From assembly GCA_964016885.1 (NCBI GenBank), contig OZ024747.1, positions 60,264,001 to 60,328,000 on the forward strand: 64,000 bases of DNA. Direction: 5' to 3'. A model generated the notes under the pieces. The model saw only the letters and a program-made list of their open reading frames with translations. It was not told the DNA's origin and did not search any database. The translations under genes and the position numbers were made by a program. Shown in pieces: positions 52,651 to 64,000 of the stretch. The number at the start of each line of letters is the position of its first letter. Position 1 is the stretch's first letter. The stretch comes from Eledone cirrhosa (Eukaryota).

Positions 52651-54019
52651 TATAAATATATTTATATATATAATGAGAGAGAGAGAGAGGGGGGAGGGTA
52701 TATGCTGTTAAAAAAAAAATGGTAATATATATTAATGTTTTGTATATGGTAGAAGAAATGTTCGTAATCACCATTGTTAGCTATTATCTGCTCACTACAA
52801 GGCAAAGGCTTCCCCAAGCTGGTGCCAATTGTTCCTATCCTGTGCCAGTTTCATCCATGTAACATCCATAAACATATTGATCTAATCTCTCTATTTCATC
52901 CTCTGTCTTCCCCCACATCCTCAGTAACATTTACACTATACATTGAAGCCACAGGCATGGTTAAGCAATTTGCTTTGTAGCCACATAGTCATGGGTCTAT
53001 TAAATCATATTCATTCTCAAATACCCAAACTTGATAAAACGTTTCTGTTCCATATGGAATGTTCCAGACAACTGCCATATCTAGGGCTTGTGTAGACCAC
53101 AGATTCCTAGTCCATATCGTGCCAGGTTAAGTAGCTAAGAGTGTTCTTCGGTTCATGGTCGTAAAGTCATAAGTTTGATTCCAAGAAGCACATTATGTCC
53201 TTGAGCAGGATACTTTATTTCACATCACTCCAGTCCTCTCAGTTGGCACAAAAATGACATTCTACCTATAATTCAAATGGTCAGCCATCATATACACTGT
53301 TTTATACTGAATCACTTTAGTAATTATATTAGAGATATGTATGTTTATGGAATGTTCAGCCACTTGCACATTAATTTCACGAGCAAGGCAGTTTCATTGA
53401 TCAGATCAGCTGGAACATTTGTTGAGAGAACTGAGGCTGGTTCAACAACAATATATTTCTTTATTGTCGTTAATATGTAATAAACCTGGCCATTACTAAT
53501 CAATACTGCTGTTATATCTGGTGTATCAACAAGAAAGAAGATAATTTCAGTACCACTTACATAAAATATTACAAGAAACAATGATGATGTTGATGACAAT
53601 AATATGTATACATTAATTTATTGAAAAGTGACTCGAAAAGTTCTATTTCTTTACTGCACTACTTCTGTTTCTTTAGTTAAGAAATCGTTGAATGCTCTGG
53701 CAATTTCTTAACCAAAAGAAACAGACCTAGTGTAGTAAGAGCCAGTTTTCAATAAATAAATATGCTATGTTTACTTGAAGCAAGTCTACTATAAGAAGAT
53801 ATTCAGGTGTAATACTTTGCAATGTTATGGTTTGAAAGACTGTTAGATAGATTATACCTATAATTGAAAGGGACAGCCATATCATGCTCTATGTTACACT
53901 GAATCTCCCTTAGAATTATATTTAGAGAATATATGGCCATAGACTGCTCAGCCACTTACATAGTAATTTGATTGAGCGGGCTGTCATCATTGAAACTGAC
54001 AGCAGTCAATTCTGTTAAA

Positions 54020-54425
54020 TACTGTGGTTAGCATACTAAAGCTATTTTACTAGTTAGTGTGGTTAGTATGGTTAGTATACTAGTTAGTGTGATAAGTAAA
54101 CTAGCTACTGTGGTTAGTATACTAAAACTATTTTACTAGTTAGTATAGTTAGTATACTAGTTAGTGTGGCTAGTATACTAGTTAGTGTGGTTGGTAAACT
54201 AGTTACTGTAGTTAGTATACTAACACTATTATACTAGTTAGTGTGGTTAGTATACAAGTGAATGCGGTTAGTATACTAGTTAATGTGGTTAGTATACTAG
54301 TTAATGTGTTTAGTATACTAATTAATGTGGTTAGTATACTAGTTAATGTGGTTAGTATACTAGTTAATGTGGTTAGTATACTAGTTAATGTGGTTAGTAT
54401 ATGAAATGGTGTTGTTAGTATACTA
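54020..54425. repeat. 21-bp minisatellite TAGTATACTAGTTAATGTGGT
   Basis: Directly visible tandem units with a palindromic TAGTATACTA core. Confidence 0.88.
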
Positions 54426-55014
54426 AAACAACATAACCAGGATGAAATACATCAAGAAAAATACATTTTCAATGTGAATATTCATTTTATTTAATTTTAA
54501 TTTTATTTTATATCAACTTTTTTAAAAACTATTTTTAATTCAATATTTATTAATTTATTTATTATTAAAATAAATTTCCAATTTCCAGTACCACATTTCA
54601 TATTTCATGTCAGTTGTGTGATCATTAATCTTTCCTATATTATTACAGAGTAGCTTCTTGGTTCTTCATTTTACACAAAAAAAAACAAAAAACTGAATTT
54701 AAAAAAATAAACACAGTAACAACAACAGCAGCAGCAGCAGCAGCAGCAGCACTAAAATCAAACTAACAATAAAAACACTATAAAGAAAGACAACTAAATT
54801 ACTATCACTAAAAACAACATTGATAGCTACAATATCTCCACCAATAATAACAACTACATCACCTCCATTAACAACACACCATAAACAACTCGACTCCAGT
54901 AAATGACAGGTATCTTTATTGACCCTGGAAAGATAGAAAGGGAAAGATTTAAATACATACTGCAAGGTATTTCTCTCAATAATCTTAGTATTCGGCCAAC
55001 TCACTATAATAATG

Positions 55015-55400
55015 GTTTCTGATTTAGGCACAATGCCAGCAATTTTGTGGGGAGGGGAAAGTCAATTAAATCGACCCTAGTGCATTACTGGTACTTTATT
55101 TATCGATCATGTAAGGATGAAAGGCACAGCAAACCTTGGCAAGATTTGAACTCAGAAAGCAAAGGGCCATAATTCTATGCTGCAAAGCAGGGTGTTTGAC
55201 GCTCTAACAATACTTGTTTCTACTTTAGGCACAAGGCCAGCAATTACCCAGTGCATTACTGGTACTTTATTTTATCGACCCCGTAAGGATGAAAGGCAAA
55301 GTCAACCTCGGCGAGATTTGAACTCAGATCGTAAAGGGACGTAACTATGCTTGAAAGCATGGCGTCCGACCCTCTACCGATACTGCCAATCCACCGCCCT
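55015..55400 (-). mobile_element. Two tandem SINE family B copies (older variant and young copy)
   Basis: Reverse complement of the family B consensus. Confidence 0.85.
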
Positions 55401-55437
55401 AACAATACTAATGCTGGTTGATGTGGTGGTAGTAGCC

Positions 55438-55487
<50 letters not shown>

Positions 55488-56243
55488 GATGATGATGATG
55501 ATGGTGATGATAATGGTGATGATGATGATGATGGTGATGAATAAATAGAACAAATTTTTAAGATAAACTTTGTCTCAGTGCCCACCAAATAACATTTCTT
55601 ATATTTGTCTTAGGAAGAATTAGTAATTAAAAAAATTGGTTTTGTGCAGAATAACGGCAGGAGAGAGCTAGAGAGCTAGAGAGCACGTGTAGAAGACTGA
55701 AGTGGCCTGGTCTGGCTTTTTAAGGTAGCAGAAATTTGAGGTCGAAAGGTGGATAAGATTTAGTATTTTGTTTCATTATATTTTTGCAATAGAAATTCTA
55801 GCAGATCACATGATGGATTGTGTGACGTGAAGAATGGCTTGTGGTTACACTCTGAGCGTATAACATTTGAGTTATGCAAATAATTAAAGAGCTGGAAAAA
55901 TGAATGTGATTTTAACTGCGAGACTTGACAATGATTAATAGACGGCATGGAGTATGGAAGAAGTGAAGAAATGGAACTGTCAGTAATTTCTTTAGACACA
56001 AATAAAGCCGAATAAATGGAATTCTATTTGTATTTCATTTGTATTTCAATTTATTTTATTTTGTTTTATTTTTTTTTTTTTTGGTTAGGAAGGCTCTTGA
56101 AAATAGTTTAAATATTTGAAATGGTAATATTAAAATTTCTACTTGAAATATTAATGTGTGTACATAGATAGAAAATAAATACACACATCTATACATACTA
56201 ATATATATATAATTATATTTTTGTATGTGTTGTGTGTATATTA

Positions 56244-56275
<32 letters not shown>

Positions 56276-56632
56276 AGGATACAAACATATATAAATACAT
56301 AGTCATAAGCATGCAAACATACACACACACATATATATATATACACACACACACATACACTCACACATATGGACTCATACATGTACTTAAATTGGTGTTG
56401 CATTAAGTGTTTCGTTTCAATGCTACAATATAATAGAGAGTATATCTGTAGATATTTAGCCAGCCCTGTATTTAATGTCTTTACATAAAATCTCTCGAAG
56501 GATGTTCTATTTAATGACATGCTGTTTACATCTGTCTATACACACAGTGTTGACTAAAAATGTACAGATATATGCTGCAACACTGTACGGCATACACACA
56601 TATAATCATACAAGTTTATATATATTATAAGA

Positions 56633-56822
56633 TGGCGGTGGATTGGCAGTATCAGCAGAGGGTCAGACACCATGATTTGTAGCATAGTTACGTCGTTTTA
56701 TGATCTGAGTTCAAATCCCGCCAAGGTTAACTTTGCCTTTCATCCTTACAGGGTCGATAAAATAAAGCACCAGTAATGCACTGTGATAATTGCTGGCCTT
56801 GTGCCAAAAGTAGAAACAATTA
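56633..56822 (+). mobile_element. SINE family B, full length
   Basis: GGCGGTGGATTGGCAG...GTAGAAACAATT. Confidence 0.88.
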
Positions 56823-58480
56823 TATATATATACACATATATATCTGGGGACTGTCTGCTATCAATATAACACCATATTAGTAGGCCGTCCCTGAATCCAA
56901 TATCTTCTATTCTATGTTTGGGTTCAAAGTAATCCTGCTACATAATTCTGCAAATAACACCTGATGGGACCACCTAGTATTTTGTCATAATCCAATGATA
57001 GAGCTGGGTCATCGAAATATGTATAGTGTTTACGCAGAATTAAAATTCTAAAGTAAATTTTCCAGTCTGGCCCTCTGTTGTTGTTTTAATGTATATTATA
57101 TATAGGGAGCAGCTGCTGTTAGGGCAAGACGTGTTTTCTTGGGCTCTGCTAGAGTCAGCAGCAACACACAACCACGTGTTGCTACACACACACAAGAGGA
57201 AAGAGAAAATTTAAAATTTATGAGACCAATAGAGATATGTACATTTATATATTTATATCTAGATATTGCTATTATCATTTACAGTCCCTCTGTGTTTAAT
57301 GTATGTTCATTAGTATATGTGTTGTTATTTCTGCTTGCATTTTGCATATATCTATATATATGCTTGCGTGGACCCCTCTCAAAAATTCGTTGGATTTTCT
57401 AATTGGATACCCTAACACTGGATACCAACACTGAATACACCTGAACTTCTACCAGGAAATCTTTCGTTGTCATTTCTGCTTGCATTTTACATATATAGAT
57501 ATATATATCAATGGTTGCGTGGACCCCTCTTAAAGATTCGTTGGATTTTCTAATTGGATACCCCGAAACTGGATACCAATTACTGAATACACCTGAACTT
57601 CTACCAGGAAATCTTTCATATCAGTGAAAATTTTCTTTTCTTTGCTTCATATATATATATTATATATACTTGTCCGCCATTGCAAAAGGCCATCAATTCA
57701 AAATTTTGAAGAGAGAGGAAAAGAGAGAAGTGATCTATGAACTTGTAACATCTCACTGATCCCCCCGTCACCACAATAACAATAACGCCTACACTCGCTC
57801 CCCACCATCACCACATTACTCTAAGGTCGCTGTCCTGTCCCCTGTTGACATACTGCTGACTCTCTTTTGATGTATGTATGTGTATATACATATGTGTATG
57901 TGTGTGTATATGTATATCTCAGTGGATGCGACCAGATTTCAACACAGCAACAACTACAACAACAACAGCAGCAACACCAACAACAACAACAACAACAGCA
58001 ACAACACCATCGTCTGTGTTGAATGTGTGTGTATGTATTTGTATATATGCGACAGCAATAACAGCATCAACACCATTGTCTGCAGCAACAGCAAACAACA
58101 ACAGTAACAACTACAATAACAACTACAGCACCAACAACTGCCACCACCATCACTGACCATCCACCACCACCACGCTGATACCATCCACCACCACCACACT
58201 GACACCATCCACCACCGCCATTACCAGCGTAAACAAACAATTATTATTGTTATTGTTATTATATACAAGCCGAACTGGACTGGGAAAGGTCAACAGTTGA
58301 CATGATAGTGATTTTGACGATTTTGACTTTGATTTTGATTTTGTATCAGTACTGTCGGTAATATATGTATATATATATATATGTTTGTGAGTTGTGTGTG
58401 TGATTGTATGCATGAATGAGTGTTGGTATGTGTGGTTGTGGTTTGTATGCATGAGTATTAGTGTGTGAGTCGTGTCAATA

Positions 58481-58512
<32 letters not shown>

Positions 58513-58515
<3 letters not shown>

Positions 58516-61500
58516 GACCATGCTGTAAAATGGAGGGGTAGAGAGGGCCCTTGAGTCTAGTAAGACATCCTCTCTAGTGCTGGTGGCACAAATAAAAGCA
58601 CCCAGTCCATGCTGTAAAGTGGCGCTGGTGTTAGGAAGGGCATCCAACCAGTGTATCAATGCCAAAAAGCTTATCAGCACAGCAACAAAACAGCATAGAA
58701 AAATATGAAGACGTCGCATCTCAGAGTTGCAACACTTAATGTTGGCACTCTCAGAGGTAGGTCTGCTGAAATAGCGGAGATGCTGGAGAGAAGGCAGGTG
58801 GATGTGTGCTGCGTGCAAGAGGTGAGATGGAGGGGTGCCTCTGCGAGACTAGTCGTAGGCAAGCGTCTTAGCTATAAGCTATTCTGGGTAGGTAAGGATG
58901 ATGGGTTAGGGGGAGTAGGCATTTTCCTGGCTGAGAAATGGATCAATAAGACAATAGAGGTAGTTCGAGTTAGTAATCGAATAATTAAGCTTAGATTAGT
59001 TGTAGGTAGGAGACTACTGACAATCATCTCGGTCTATGCTCCCCAAGCAGGCCTAGGCAAAGATGAGAAAGACTGCTTTTATGAGCAACTTTTGCAAACA
59101 ACCACAATGACAGAGGACGGAGACATCGTTATGCTAGCAGGAGACTTCAATGGTCATGTTGGACAGCTCCAGGATGGTTACACTGGGGTACATGGTGGGC
59201 ACGGTTACGGTTCAAGAAATGAAGAAGGAGTGAGACTTCTTGAATTTTGTGATGCAAGTACATTGACTATTTGCAACACAAACTTCCAGAAACCTGCCAA
59301 TCACCTAATAACCTACAAATCTGGTGAGCACATAAGCCAGATTGACTTCCTGCTAGTTAGGCAGCGGGACAGGCAGATAGTGTCTAATACCAAGGCATAC
59401 CCTGGGGAAGAATGTACCCCACAGCATAGGTTAGTTGTTAGTGATATCTCAGTAAGCAAGAGATGGAATGAGACATATAGGAAGGTGTGGAGAAGAAAGG
59501 TCTGGAAGCTAAAAGACCTTTCACTAAAATTCAAATTTAGGAAAGCCCTTCAAGATGTATATGACGAAAAAGAAGACGATTTAGAGACGTATGACATAGA
59601 TAATAACTGGAAGTTCTTACGTGACAACTTGCTGAAGGCTACTGATGAAACCTGTGGCTGGAGCAGAGCTCCAACCAGACAGAGAGTGACCTGGTGGTGG
59701 AACAGCAGTGTAGATAAGGCTATTAGAGACAAAAGACTAGCATGGAAGGCTTGGAATAAGGGTGGGAGTAGGGAAGAATATACAGCCACTAAGAGAGAAG
59801 CTAGACGTCAGGTGTACTTAGCACGCAGGGAGGCAGAGAGTAGGAGGTTTGCCAATGTTCTGCGACGGGAAGATCAGAGGCGTGCGGTGTTCCACATTGC
59901 AAGGCAGTGTGTCAATGCAAATCAGGATGTTGTTGGTGATAAATGTGTCCGGGATGATGCCGGTGTACTTAGTGTCACGAATGACCAGAAAAAGGAGGCC
60001 TGGAAATGTCATTATGAGAGACTGATGAATGTGGAGAACGAATGGGAGAGAGAGAAATTACCCTTGGTAGATCCGACAGAGGGACCAGCTATTGAGATTG
60101 ACGAATATAGGGTCCAAGAGGCGATTAGGGAAATGAAAAATGGTAAGGCGGCCGGACCATCGGGAATAGTTGCTGAGATGCTGAAGGCATCAGGGGACGT
60201 AGGCACTAAACTGGTTGCACGCATAATCAATCAGGCTATATATGGTGGTGTCATACCCAAAGACTGGTGCAGCAGTATTCTCATAAATTGCTACAAAGGT
60301 AAAGGGGATGCTTTGGAGAGGAGCAATTATAGGGGTATAAAACTGATAGATCAGGTTATGAAAGTGGCAGAAAGGATTCTAGCACAACTAATTAGAGAAA
60401 GGGTCAAACTAGATGAGATGCAGTTTGGTTTTGTGCCTGGGAAGAGTACAACAGATGCCCTCTTCTTGGTGAGACAAATGCAAGAGAGGTTCTTAGAGAA
60501 GAATAAGCCACTATACTTAGCCTTTGTTGACCTAGAGAAGGCCTTTGATAGGGTACCCCGATCTGTCATCTGGTGGTCCCTAAGGAAGCTGGGTGTTGAG
60601 GAATGGCTTGTAAGGACAGTGCAAACTTTGTACAGAGGTACTCTCAGTAAAGTCAGGGTAGGAATGGAGTTTAGTGAGGAATTCCAGATACAAGTAGGAG
60701 TACATCAGGGTTCGGTCCTCAGCCCGCTCTTGTTCATTATAGTCCTCCAAGCCATAACAGGAGTTTAAGACTGGCTGTCCATGGGAACTTCTCTATGCTG
60801 ACGATCTGGCTCTTATGGCAGAATCAGTAGAGGAGCTAGAGAATAAATTCCGGCTATGGAAACAGCAGTTGGAAGCAAGAGGACTGAGAGTAAATCTAGC
60901 TAAGACAAAAGTGTTGATGAGTAGAAAAGAGGACAAAACCCTGATTCCGTCAGGGAAATGGCCATGTTCGATATGCAGAAAAGGAACTGGCATAAATTCT
61001 ATAAAATGCACACAATGTAGGTCCTGGGTACACAAGAGATGTAGCGGGATAGCAGGCAAACTAACAGGTAGGGAGAAATATGTATGCAGTAGATGTACAG
61101 GGAAATTAGACAGTAGAAGTCGCACTGATAGACACATTTTTCAAATGCGAGAGGGCGCTATAGAAGTGGTGGATAGCTTCCGGTACCTAGGAGATCAGAT
61201 TAGCATGGGAGGAGGGTGTTCCGAGGCCATAGTATCTAGAATAAGGACGGGTTGGAAGAAGTTTAGGGAGCTGCTTCCTCTGTTGACGAAGAAGGGTTTC
61301 TCCCTGCGTACGAAAGGCCGGTTGTATGATGCCTGTGTGAGGAGCGCGATGCTGCATGGTAGTGAGACATGGGCAGCTACCGCAGAAGATATGCGACGGC
61401 TGGAGAGAAATGAGGCAAGCATGCTCCGTTGGATGTGCAGTGTAAATGTGCGTGAACGACCCAGCATAAATGTGTTGAGAGAGAAACTGTGTCTGAGAGG

Positions 61501-61783
61501 GATAGAATGTAGTGTACGGGAGAGGAGACTGAGGTGGTATGGACATGTGATGCGCATGGAGGATGACCGATGGGTGAAGAAGTGCCAGGAAATGCCAGTT
61601 GAAGGAAGACGTGGTAGAGGTAGACCACGAAAAACATGGGCGGAGGTGGTGAGAACAGACCTCAGATCATTGAAGCTCACGGTGGAGATGACGAGGGACC
61701 GTGACGAGTGGAGAGATGCTGTGCTGAATAAGACCCGTCCCACCCTTGCAAGCAGGGAAAAGCGGACGTAAAATGATGATGAT
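58513..61783 (+). mobile_element. Full-length RTE-clade (BovB/Expander-like) LINE, subfamily A
   Basis: ~190-bp 5' UTR, single APE-RT ORF and a (GAT)n tail immediately after the stop codon. No clear TSD seen. Confidence 0.95.
58705..61771 (+). pseudogene. RTE ORF: APE endonuclease + reverse transcriptase with inserted PHD finger; one 2-bp frameshift at ~60759
   Basis: APE motifs TLNV, VQEVRW, SVYAP, AGDFNG, QIDFLL, QHRLV; RT motifs [56 protein letters not shown] here versus ATAACAGAGGAG in the copy at ~63330. Confidence 0.95.
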
Positions 61784-62294
61784 ATGTAAATATGAAAATA
61801 AGGGTGCTGTGGAGTTGCAAATGGGTTACGTATGAAAAAAGTTTGTCCTTCATCAGTGATCTTCCAACTATCATAGGCATTTCATCGCTTTAAAGACCAT
61901 ATACCTCTGGTTGGTGCGAGCAACGGCTAAAAAAAGTCGTTGGGACACGTAAATAAAGGGGACGCGAGGGTAAACAAACAAAATGGTGAAGCAACAGAAA
62001 GTGAGGAAGAAGGAGACAAGTCCCAGATTTCTATGAATTTAAGTTCGGTGAAATCGTGAACGAGAGAATAAAGACCATCAAACCTGGTTGAAATGTGAGC
62101 AAGGAAGGAATTTCGCACAGGTCTAACGGGAGGAAGAAGGGGTCTGGTCTGCGAATTCGGTGAACATAAGTTCTGTGAAATCGTAGACGAGAGAGAAAAA
62201 GAGCTCCAGCTGTTTCGACGGCTAGATCCAAAAGCTCAGCCATCGGGGTCCTGATTCTTCTCCAGTACTCTGGTGTCTTACCACACCTTCTTTG

Positions 62295-62332
<38 letters not shown>

Positions 62333-62379
62333 ACATACATACACATACATACACACACACACACACATATATAATATAA

Positions 62380-62597
62380 TGGAACGATCGACTTTCGTCA
62401 AATCGGACCGAGGGAACAATGTTTCCGTTGGTCTCTCCAATTGCTAATACTATCTATCGGTCGCAACTCCAGGTAGAAGGAGCAACGTGAAATAAAGTGT
62501 CTTGCTCAAGGACATAACGCATCGCATGGTCCAGGAATCAAACTCACAACCTTACGATTGCGAATCCAATTCTCTAACCACTCAGCCACACACCTTC
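62380..62597 (-). mobile_element. tRNA/CORE-like SINE with a fourth tail type (decayed copy at 18460-18640 +)
   Basis: Minus-strand TGGCTGAGTGG..GAGTTTGATTCC..CCTTGAGCAAGACACTTTATTTCACGTTGCTCC. Confidence 0.8.
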
Positions 62598-62638
62598 AAA
62601 CATATATATATATATATATTATTATTACTATTATATAA

Positions 62639-62840
62639 GGCGGTGGATTGGCAGTATCGGTAGAGGGTCGGATGCCATGCTTTGAAGCATAGAGTTACCT
62701 CCCTTTATGATCTGAGTTCAAATCCCGCCGAGGTTAACTTTGCCTTTCATCCTTCCGGGGTCGATAGAATAAAGTACCAGTAATGCACTGGGTAATTGCT
62801 GGCCTTATGCCAAAAGTAGAAACAATTATTATTATTATAT
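62639..62840 (+). mobile_element. SINE family B, full length
   Basis: Matches the family B consensus, with an (ATT)n tail. Confidence 0.88.
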
Positions 62841-62877
62841 ATATATACATTATTATTATTATTATTATTATTATTAT

Positions 62878-64000
62878 AAGGGGATGCTCTGGAGAGGAGC
62901 AATTATAGGGGTATAAAACTGATGGATCAGGTTATGAAAGTGGCAGAAAGGATATTAGCAGAACTAATTAGAGAAAGGGTCAAATTAGATGAGATGCAGT
63001 TTGGTTTTGTGCCTGGGAAAAGTACAACAGATGCCCTCTTCTTGGTGAGACAATTGCAAGAGAGGCTCTTAGAGAAGAATAAGCCACTATACTTAGCCTT
63101 TGTTGACCTAGAGAAGGCCTTTGATAGGGTACCCCGATCTGTCATCTGGTGGGCCCTAAGGAAACTAGGTGTTGAGGAATGGCTTGTGAGGACAGTGCAA
63201 ACTTTTTACAGAGGTGCTGTCAGTAAAGTCAGGGTAGGAATGGAGTTTAGTGAGGAATTCCAGATACAAGTAGGAGTACATCAAGGTTCGGTCCTCAGCC
63301 CGCTCTTGTTCATTATAGTCCTCCAAGCCATAACAGAGGAGTTTAAGACTGGCTATTCATGGGAACTTCTCTATGCTGACGAATCTGGTTCTTATAGCCA
63401 GAATCAGTAGAGGAGCTAGAGAATAAATTCTGGCTATGGAAACAGCAGTTGGAAGCAAGAGGACTGAGAGTGAATCTAGCTAAGACAAAAGTGTTGATGA
63501 GTAGAAAAGAGGACAAAACTCTGATTCCATCAGGGAAATGGCCATGTTCGATATGCAGAAAAGGAACTGGCATAAATTCTATAAAATGCACACAATGCAG
63601 ATCTTGGGTACACAAGAGATGTAGTGAGATAGCAAGCAAACAAACAGGTAGGGAGAAATATGTATGCAGTAGATGTACAGGGAAATTAGACAGTAGAAGT
63701 CGCATTGATAGACACATTTTTCAAATGCAGGTGGGTGCTATAGAAGTGGTTGATAGCTTGCGGTACCTAGGAGATCAGATTATCATGGGAGGGGGATGTT
63801 CCGAGGCCATAGTATCTAGAATAAGGATGGGTTGGAAGAAGTTTAGGGAGCTGCTTCCCTGGGAAGGATAGATTGTAGTGTGCGAATGAGTAGACTTCGA
63901 TGGTATGGACATGTGATGCGCGTGGAGGATGACCGCTAGGTAAAGAAGTGCCAAGAAATCCCAGTAGAAGGAAGATGCAGTAGAGGTAGACCATGAAAAA
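62878..64000 (+). pseudogene. 5'-truncated, internally deleted RTE copy (runs off the window)
   Basis: Aligns to 60302-61279, then jumps to ~61494; +1 frameshift near 63382; PHD finger retained. Confidence 0.93.

Noticed and set aside
60745-60815. Programmed ribosomal frameshift between the two LINE ORFs
   Set aside because: The sister copy has the two extra bases (ACAGAGGAG) and subfamily B reads through in frame (ITEEFKTG), so this is a deletion or sequencing error.

Overview
AT-rich, microsatellite-saturated animal genomic DNA, most likely from an octopus (inferred from the SINE/LINE content and the (TA)n/(TATG)n density). I found no convincing host protein-coding exon; almost all ORFs in the track are microsatellite artefacts. 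The window is a mobile-element landscape. It holds one essentially full-length RTE-clade LINE (58513-61783; APE endonuclease + RT) broken only by a 2-bp deletion, plus several truncated RTE copies from at least two subfamilies. Also present are two abundant tRNA-derived SINE families, a non-autonomous RTE derivative ending in a C2H2 finger and (TATG)n, a mariner pseudogene, an R4/Dong-like 5' fragment and several MITEs. Three observations stand out. (1) A complete PHD-type (C4HC3) finger is inserted inside the RTE reverse transcriptase and is conserved in two divergent subfamilies. (2) Hammerhead-ribozyme motifs recur, several of them in perfect palindromes or long inverted repeats embedded in (TA)n tracts (Penelope/retrozyme-like). 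(3) A covarying H-type pseudoknot module is shared by the LINE 5' UTR, the SINE body and the captured 3' end of a second LINE subfamily. All structure calls are by eye and coordinates of decayed elements are approximate.
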